A stretch of 10,972 bases of DNA from Candidatus Micrarchaeota archaeon (GTDB lineage Archaea; Micrarchaeota; Micrarchaeia; Norongarragalinales; UBA8480): contig JAZDHP010000022.1 of assembly GCA_043805855.1 (NCBI GenBank), positions 1-10,972 of the forward strand. Reading direction: 5' to 3'. Each line of letters begins with the position of its first letter. Position 1 is the first letter of the stretch. Below the pieces are notes generated by a model. That model ran no database searches and had not been told where the DNA came from. It saw only the letters and a program-made list of their open reading frames with translations. Of this stretch, positions 5,767 through 10,972 are shown one piece after another. Both the position numbers and the translations under genes were made by a program.

Positions 5767-6870
5767 TTACGCTGCTTCTTTTAATTGTTGTTTGTCTTTG
5801 GTTTTTGTTTTCTTTGGTTGGAAGACGTCTGCATGTCTTCTCATTAGCTTGAAGTAGTGAACTGTTGCATTGTTTCCTGCTGGTGGGATTCCGAACACTG
5901 CACTTGGACCCGCGGTTAAAAGCGTCGTAACTTTACTAGGCGTTAGCTTCATGTTCCGCGCAATTTCAGCTCTAGATTTACCTGCAATTAGTAACTTCAT
6001 TGCAATACCAGCAGGTTCACTTCGCGCGGCAAGTGCATTCACTATACTTTTTCTCGTTGCAAGTGACTGCGGGTGAATTCCCTTAATGAAAGAAGGCTGC
6101 AATGCAGTTCCCATAACCAAGTCAGGGTGCCGCCGCCATAACCCGCAACCGGAGACATACCGTTCGTTTTTTCTAGTATCGTAGTAACTAGCCAAAAACT
6201 TCTTTGCAGCTTCATCTCCCCGTTCAGCAGCTTGTTCAACTTTATGCCTGATGCCGCGCAATCTCTCGTTATTGCCTAAGTGTACTTTAACAGACTGAAC
6301 TATTTCTTCAGGAAACAAACGGCTATTAGCATTAACCACACGTCGTAAGCAGTAAATTGTATTAGGATGAACAGGCATAACGCCAGATAGCCCAAGTGCA
6401 ATTGCACGCGTAGCGTTGTTTCTCCTAGTTCTATCGCAAAGGTAAGCGGGCGAAGCTAGTTTATGCACTAGCGACTTTGCTGAATGCCAGTCCTCGGCAG
6501 TTGGTTCGCGCTCGCCGGGCATTCTGCCAGTTTTTTTATAGAAACGCACTTGTGCATCAAGTGCTTTAACCATAGCGCTAACGTACTGTGGCGTCAACCT
6601 AAGTTTATGCGCAATTTGTTTAATTCGCTTACCTTTAACCGCCAATTCAACGAGATACTTGTGCGTTTCGCCTAAATTTTCTGCAACTTTAAAGCAAGCT
6701 TCTCTCTCGCTTTTAATCCAACTTGCGCCGTGTCGCTTCGGTGCCTTTGCAGCTAGTGTAAACTCTTCCACTCTAACCACATCTGGAGTTCGATTCGAAT
6801 GCCTAGGCGCTTTTACAGCTAGCGTAAACTTTTCAGTTCTAACAATTCTCCTAGTTCGATTACTTGGCAT
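5767..6870 (-). CDS. Basic hypothetical protein with two HTH motifs (paralog 2)
   Basis: HTH-like segments LAVKGKRIKQIAHKLRLTPQYVSAMV and LLIAGKSRAEIARNMKLTPSKVTTLL. Shares LWRRHPDLVMGTALQP and other blocks with paralog 1. Confidence 0.8.
   Translation of the reverse strand: MPSNRTRRIVRTEKFTLAVKAPRHSNRTPDVVRVEEFTLAAKAPKRHGASWIKSEREACFKVAENLGETHKYLVELAVKGKRIKQIAHKLRLTPQYVSAMVKALDAQVRFYKKTGRMPGEREPTAEDWHSAKSLVHKLASPAYLCDRTRRNNATRAIALGLSGVMPVHPNTIYCLRRVVNANSRLFPEEIVQSVKVHLGNNERLRGIRHKVEQAAERGDEAAKKFLASYYDTRKNERYVSGCGLWRRHPDLVMGTALQPSFIKGIHPQSLATRKSIVNALAARSEPAGIAMKLLIAGKSRAEIARNMKLTPSKVTTLLTAGPSAVFGIPPAGNNATVHYFKLMRRHADVFQPKKTKTKDKQQLKEAA
6733..6864 (-). repeat. Degenerate 66-bp (22-aa) tandem duplication at the N-terminus of paralog 2
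   Basis: SNRTRRIVRTEKFTLAVKAPRH versus SNRTPDVVRVEEFTLAAKAPKR. AGTTCGATT occurs at 6787 and 6853, 66 nt apart. Confidence 0.85.
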
Positions 6871-6892
6871 AGTTAACTATAAGCCAGCCAAG

Positions 6893-6911
6893 TTTAAAAA
6901 AAGGCAGAATT
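6893..6911 (-). promoter_or_regulatory. TATA promoter of paralog 2 (leaderless)
   Basis: The minus strand reads AATTCTGCCTTTTTTTAAA, with TTTAAA 23-28 nt upstream of the ATG. Confidence 0.6.
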
Positions 6912-6938
6912 GGCGAAAAGTTCAATTTACCGTCGCGA

Positions 6939-7340
6939 TTAAATTTTCATTCTTTTAATTTCTTTTACTTTGTCAAAGTCCGGGTCGTTCGTTGCAATTA
7001 CATTTACATTATTTTGTTTCATGAACGCACAGTGCATTGCGTCACGCGGCTTCAAACTATAATTGCTCATAAATTCAAGTGCAATTAAAGGTGCACTTGC
7101 GTCAACTCCGCGAACTTCTAAATTAGGCAGTTCATAAATATTACGAATACAAAGTTCAATTCCCGGTTTGTTATTCTTTAGAAGCACCCACATTACTTCA
7201 TCAATAACCAAAGCAGAAGTTAACGCCTCGTGCTGACCCCGCGCAATTTCGTCAAGCAAATCAGCCGAAGAAATGCCATTAGTGCTATTTCCAGGAATAA
7301 GCGCGCCTAAGAAAATATTAGCATCTACAAATATTTTCAT
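6939..7340 (-). CDS. vapC: VapC-family PIN-domain toxin
   Basis: PIN motifs IFVDANIF, TSALVIDEV, LKPRDAMH and IATNDPDFDKV; 133 aa. Confidence 0.92.
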   Translation of the reverse strand: MKIFVDANIFLGALIPGNSTNGISSADLLDEIARGQHEALTSALVIDEVMWVLLKNNKPGIELCIRNIYELPNLEVRGVDASAPLIALEFMSNYSLKPRDAMHCAFMKQNNVNVIATNDPDFDKVKEIKRMKI

Positions 7341-7576
7341 CCAAATTCCTCTTCGTAAAGTTGATCGCCGCTAATTATCTTATCAGTTGGCTTTCCATAC
7401 TCTTTAGCATAAGCGCGCATCCAAGCAACTACATCTTTCTTCTGGGTGACTAAACGAATTGAATTTTGTTCAACAGCTAGCCTAACGCTTCCACCCTCTT
7501 GGAATTTAAACTGCCTCCGGATAAACGCAGGAATTACAATTTCTCCCTTACTACTCATTTTCACATCAACGTACAT
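7337..7576 (-). CDS. vapB: AbrB/MazE/SpoVT-family antitoxin (VapB)
   Basis: VKMSSKGEIVIPAFIRRQFKFQEG matches the AbrB signature. It has an acidic C-terminus, a 4-nt ATGA overlap with vapC and an AGGTG SD. Confidence 0.9.
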   Translation of the reverse strand: MYVDVKMSSKGEIVIPAFIRRQFKFQEGGSVRLAVEQNSIRLVTQKKDVVAWMRAYAKEYGKPTDKIISGDQLYEEEFG

Positions 7577-7630
7577 CCGAATACACCTTGGAACTCTTCC
7601 GACACCTATTCGGAATTTTATCTTTTAAAA
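7575..7630 (-). promoter_or_regulatory. vapBC promoter with two tandem palindromic operators
   Basis: TATA TTTTAAAA at 7623-7630. Palindromes TTCCGA-N7-TCGGAA (7597-7615) and ATCCGA-N7-TTGGAA (7575-7593). Confidence 0.7.
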
Positions 7631-7737
7631 AGGTTTGTAATGCTAGAGTTGAAAAGCGTAATCGCAAAAAAAGTAGACGAAAAGAAAACAAGCAAGGTAA
7701 CGTCTAAAAACCAGCGTTGTTTAACTATTTTGTAAAT

Positions 7738-8424
7738 ATGGCAATTGTTGTTTTTGACTTGGACGGTACGCTTATTGACAGCATGAAGATACGAGCGCGG
7801 ATGTTTGCTAATGAGTTAGATGTTTCGCCGGCAGTGAGGAAAAAAGTAGAGTGGGTTTTCCTTAGAAACACAGGCGTACTTGTACCTACAGAAGCGTTAG
7901 CCTCTTTTCAAAAAACCGGCGTAAATTTGTCTGGAGAAGAGCTTGACGAAGCGTTTAGAAAAGTCGTTCAAAAATGGAATGAGAAACCGCCAGTTTTTCC
8001 GCTCAAGAAAGGCGTAAAACGTACACTAGAGCAATTACGCCGCGAGGGGCACGTTGTTGTACTTTCTAGTTTTGGCCCAGGCCAAGAAGTTAAACGAATT
8101 CTTAATCAGCATAAAATGCGGCACTTGTTCGACGGAGTTTTTACATATAGCGGCAAATACCCTCAATTTGCAAAGGGACCAGGGCACAATAAATTCGTGC
8201 GGGAAATCGCACGGAGAATGGGAAAAGCAGGGCAACGAGTTATCTATGTTGGCGATGGAGTTCACGACATGGCAAACACAAGGAGAGACAAGAGAGCAAT
8301 TGCAGTTGGAATAACTGGCACAAACCCTACATGGAGATTAAAGTCATTCGGCGCGCATCACGTGATTAGAGAAATTCCAGAAATAGTGAGAATTGCAAAT
8401 CACTACGATAGGCACGAGAGATAG
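7738..8424 (+). CDS. HAD-superfamily hydrolase (phosphoglycolate-phosphatase-like)
   Basis: Motif I VVFDLDGTLIDS, motif II VLSS, motif III Lys (FAKGP) and motif IV YVGDGVHD. ATG 7738 is preferred over TTG 7717. Confidence 0.9.
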   Translation: MAIVVFDLDGTLIDSMKIRARMFANELDVSPAVRKKVEWVFLRNTGVLVPTEALASFQKTGVNLSGEELDEAFRKVVQKWNEKPPVFPLKKGVKRTLEQLRREGHVVVLSSFGPGQEVKRILNQHKMRHLFDGVFTYSGKYPQFAKGPGHNKFVREIARRMGKAGQRVIYVGDGVHDMANTRRDKRAIAVGITGTNPTWRLKSFGAHHVIREIPEIVRIANHYDRHER

Positions 8425-8441
8425 AAAAAGGGAAAAAAAAC

Positions 8442-8951
8442 ATGACAGAAGAAAAAACAACTAAAGATAAGTTGAAATTCTTTATACTTAGTAGAACTGC
8501 GTTTAAACGTTCGCCTTACTGGCAAGAAGTAAAGAAAATAATTGAACAGCGTTTTGAACAAGACAAAATACCGGGCGAAAGTAAACGCGCTTACTTGCGA
8601 GCATTTACGCGCGCGAAGAAAGGACACGGCCACGCGTTGGTCGTAAACGAAGCTAATGGAGACGTAATTGCGCATTTTAACGACGTTCCACTTAGCAACC
8701 CAACCTGTAAAAAAGTTGCAAACGTTGGGCACGGCGTAACTGCGCCAAACAAAAAAGCTTCAATTAGTTTAATTGGAACTGTAGACGAACACTTGAAAAA
8801 ACTTGGATTTAGTGAAATTAGAAGTACGTACTATTCGAAAAGCGGGGCAGTAATTGGCCGCTTCTTAAAATGCAAAGAACATGGAATAACTCGGAGAGGA
8901 AAACTTTTCAACAAGCCAGAATTGAAACACTACTCTCGGCAGCTAAAGTGA
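8442..8951 (+). CDS. Hypothetical basic protein, possibly a degenerate GNAT fold
   Basis: A 169-aa ORF that fills the gap between the HAD and DRG genes. GDVIAHF...ANVGHGVTAP...LIGTVDEHLKKLGFSEI has a GNAT-like pattern but no R/QxxGxG motif. Confidence 0.6.
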   Translation: MTEEKTTKDKLKFFILSRTAFKRSPYWQEVKKIIEQRFEQDKIPGESKRAYLRAFTRAKKGHGHALVVNEANGDVIAHFNDVPLSNPTCKKVANVGHGVTAPNKKASISLIGTVDEHLKKLGFSEIRSTYYSKSGAVIGRFLKCKEHGITRRGKLFNKPELKHYSRQLK

Positions 8952-8997
8952 AAAGAGTTAAAGATGTCAACTGAATAAAACTAAGAGAACTAATACA

Positions 8998-10077
8998 ATG
9001 GGCTTGCATGACAAAATTATTGAAATAGAGCAGCAGATGGCTAAGACGCAGGTGAACAAAGCAACTGAACACCACCTTGGTCTGCTCAAGGCAAAGCTCG
9101 CGCGGTTGAAAAAAGAAGCTGAAGCGCCGAAAAAAGGCGGCGGGAGTAGTGAGGGATTCGCCGTTAGAAAAAGCGGCAACGCGACTGTCGTGTTCATAGG
9201 TTATCCCTCAGTTGGAAAGTCAACAATGCTAAACGCCCTCACAAGCGCAAAGTCCAAAGTTGCGGCATACGCGTTCACTACGTTAACTTGTATTCCTGGA
9301 GTAATGGAGTACAAAGGCGCGAAGATACAACTACTGGACTTGCCTGGAATTATCATCGGCGCAAAGGAAGGTAAAGGCCACGGTAAAGAAGTGCTTGCAG
9401 TTGCACGAAGCGCTGACCTCGTGTTAATAATTCTAGATGTGTTCTGCGCACAACAGCGCGATAAAATAGTAACTGAACTTGAGGGAATTGGAGTGCGCCT
9501 TGACCAAGAGCCGCCGAGAATTTACATTAACGAAACCAAAAAAGGCGGGCTAGACATAGTGCACGGCGTTAAGCTAACTCATTTGAACGAAAACACAATT
9601 CGCGGAGTTATGAACGAATATGGAATTTACAACGCTAATGTTACATTCCGCCAAGACGCAACTGTAGACCAACTTATTGACGTGCTTGTTGGCACGAGAA
9701 AATACGCTGCGTCGCTAACAATTGTAAACAAAGTTGACTTAGTTAAACAAGAGTTTTTGAAAACACTACCATACGACTTTGTTCCAATTTCAGCTGAAAG
9801 TAACTACAATATCGACGTTTTGAAAGAAGCGATTTACAAAAAACTACGCTTGATAAGAGTTTACACAAAGAGAAAGGGAGAAAAGCTAGACGATAAACCA
9901 TTGATGATGCGAAGTGGTTCTACAGTTGCAAATGTGTGCGACGAACTACACCGCGACTTGCGCCGCTTATTCAAATTTAGCCAAGTGTGGGGCAAAAGTG
10001 CAAAGTTCCCCGGCCAAAAAGTCGGCATCGACCACGTGCTGCAAGACAACGATATAGTACAAGTGTTTAAACGCTAG
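8998..10077 (+). CDS. drg: DRG/Rbg1-family OBG GTPase with C-terminal TGS domain
   Basis: N-terminal NKATEHHLGLLKAKLARL, G1 GYPSVGKS, G2 AYAFTT, G3 DLPG, G4 NKVD and TGS segment VWGKSAKFPGQKVGIDHVLQDND. Confidence 0.96.
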   Translation: MGLHDKIIEIEQQMAKTQVNKATEHHLGLLKAKLARLKKEAEAPKKGGGSSEGFAVRKSGNATVVFIGYPSVGKSTMLNALTSAKSKVAAYAFTTLTCIPGVMEYKGAKIQLLDLPGIIIGAKEGKGHGKEVLAVARSADLVLIILDVFCAQQRDKIVTELEGIGVRLDQEPPRIYINETKKGGLDIVHGVKLTHLNENTIRGVMNEYGIYNANVTFRQDATVDQLIDVLVGTRKYAASLTIVNKVDLVKQEFLKTLPYDFVPISAESNYNIDVLKEAIYKKLRLIRVYTKRKGEKLDDKPLMMRSGSTVANVCDELHRDLRRLFKFSQVWGKSAKFPGQKVGIDHVLQDNDIVQVFKR

Positions 10078-10633
10078 AACCGCGCACAAGTTCCTTTCCA
10101 TATTTCAACGCAATGCCAATGCTTACAAACGAAAGTACAATCATTGCGACGAACAGTGCATGGAAACCGAGCTTTTCAACAATTATAACACCTACGAGTG
10201 AAGCGAGGCCAACAATAAACGCAACAGTTGCCGTATTTACACTCCACTCGTTGCCGAATTTGTTCTGGTTGACAAAACTAGAATACATATAATTATACGC
10301 GGGCGTGCCGAACGCTTCGCCAAGCGCAAAAATTAACTGCAAAACATAAATTTGTCAAATTTGAGTTACAAAAAGATAACCAATCCAACCAACTAGCCTC
10401 AGCACAAACCCCAAAATTAAAAACAGCACAGCATACTCGCGAGATTTTTTCATTTTATTTATCAACAACGCAAAAGCCCCAACTGCAAAAATGTAAACAC
10501 TGTAAATCGCACCGACATGAACAATCGAAACGTCAATGCGCTGGATGTAAATTGCGAACAATGGAGCGAATAAGTTAATTGCAAATACGAAAAACGCGTT
10601 TGTCAACAATAGAAGTTTAATCTCACGGCGCAT
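10067..10633 (-). pseudogene. Half-size MFS-like membrane protein interrupted by a single in-frame TGA (10357-10355)
   Basis: The two track ORFs share a frame and join as ...GYLFVTQI*QIYVLQLIFALGEAFGTPAY..., giving 188 codons with about 6 hydrophobic segments and MFS-like LFAPLFAIY and LQLIFALGEA. Confidence 0.75.
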
Positions 10634-10641
10634 TTCAATTT

Positions 10642-10972
10642 TTACCTTTTGAGTTTCTTTGAATAAATTCTCGTAAACGCTTTGAAACCTAACTTTTCGT
10701 GAAACTTTATAGAATCAGAGTTAATTTCGTAAACGTCGCACAAAATTTCAGACACGTTGTTCGTTTTACCCCATTCAGCCAAATCTCGATAAAGCGCAGT
10801 TGCAACTCCTTTTTTTCGACATTCAGGCAAAACATAAGTATAGACAACCCAAGCAAAGCGCGAACCAAAGTCGCCATAATCAACTCCAAAAGGAGTTTGA
10901 TCTGAAACAGTAAACCAAATGAAACCAACTGGAATTCCATTTGAAAAAGCTAATCTCACTCGTTTTTCCTTA
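10642..10972 (-). CDS. GNAT-family N-acetyltransferase, 5'-truncated by the window edge
   Basis: Motif A YVLPECRKKGVATAL and N..SIKFHEKLGF. The frame stays open (KEKR) upstream of GTG 10959 to the end of the window. Confidence 0.9.
   Translation of the reverse strand, partial: KEKRVRLAFSNGIPVGFIWFTVSDQTPFGVDYGDFGSRFAWVVYTYVLPECRKKGVATALYRDLAEWGKTNNVSEILCDVYEINSDSIKFHEKLGFKAFTRIYSKKLKR

Noticed and set aside
4673..6870. Paralogs as true sigma factors or transposases
   Set aside because: Only region-4-like HTH patterns are visible. There is no sigma region 2, no DDE, HUH or RuvC motif, and no terminal inverted repeats.
10355..10357. TGA reassignment (code 4/25) or selenocysteine
   Set aside because: TGA terminates other genes here (898, 2149, 7337, 8951), two of them in ATGA overlaps. 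No other gene has an internal TGA, and the site is not a Cys-like context.
1202..10940. Remaining short track ORFs nested in or antisense to the called genes
   Set aside because: They overlap better-supported genes and have no recognisable motifs or expression signals.

Overview
Archaeal genomic DNA, probably DPANN (Micrarchaeota/Diapherotrites-like). This assignment is inferred from TATA-type promoters, GGTGA Shine-Dalgarno sites, leaderless genes, an eS26-like ribosomal protein, a DRG GTPase and a BHB-intron tRNA. In order, the window holds: an unannotated 52-aa SWIB-like protein (-), divergent from a desulforedoxin-motif/histone-H1-like protein, a metallophosphoesterase and eS26 (+); a divergent asparaginase-family protein and an M14/AstE-like protein (-); tRNA-Val(TAC) with two non-canonical introns at 15/16 and 59/60 (+); two tandem-duplicated basic double-HTH proteins (-); a vapBC module with tandem operators (-); a HAD hydrolase, a hypothetical protein and a DRG GTPase (+); a half-size MFS gene broken by one in-frame TGA and a partial GNAT (-). 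The most notable items are the double-intron tRNA, the SWIB/H1-like divergent pair and the uncharacterised double-HTH paralogs. All family calls come from motif recognition by eye, with no database search.
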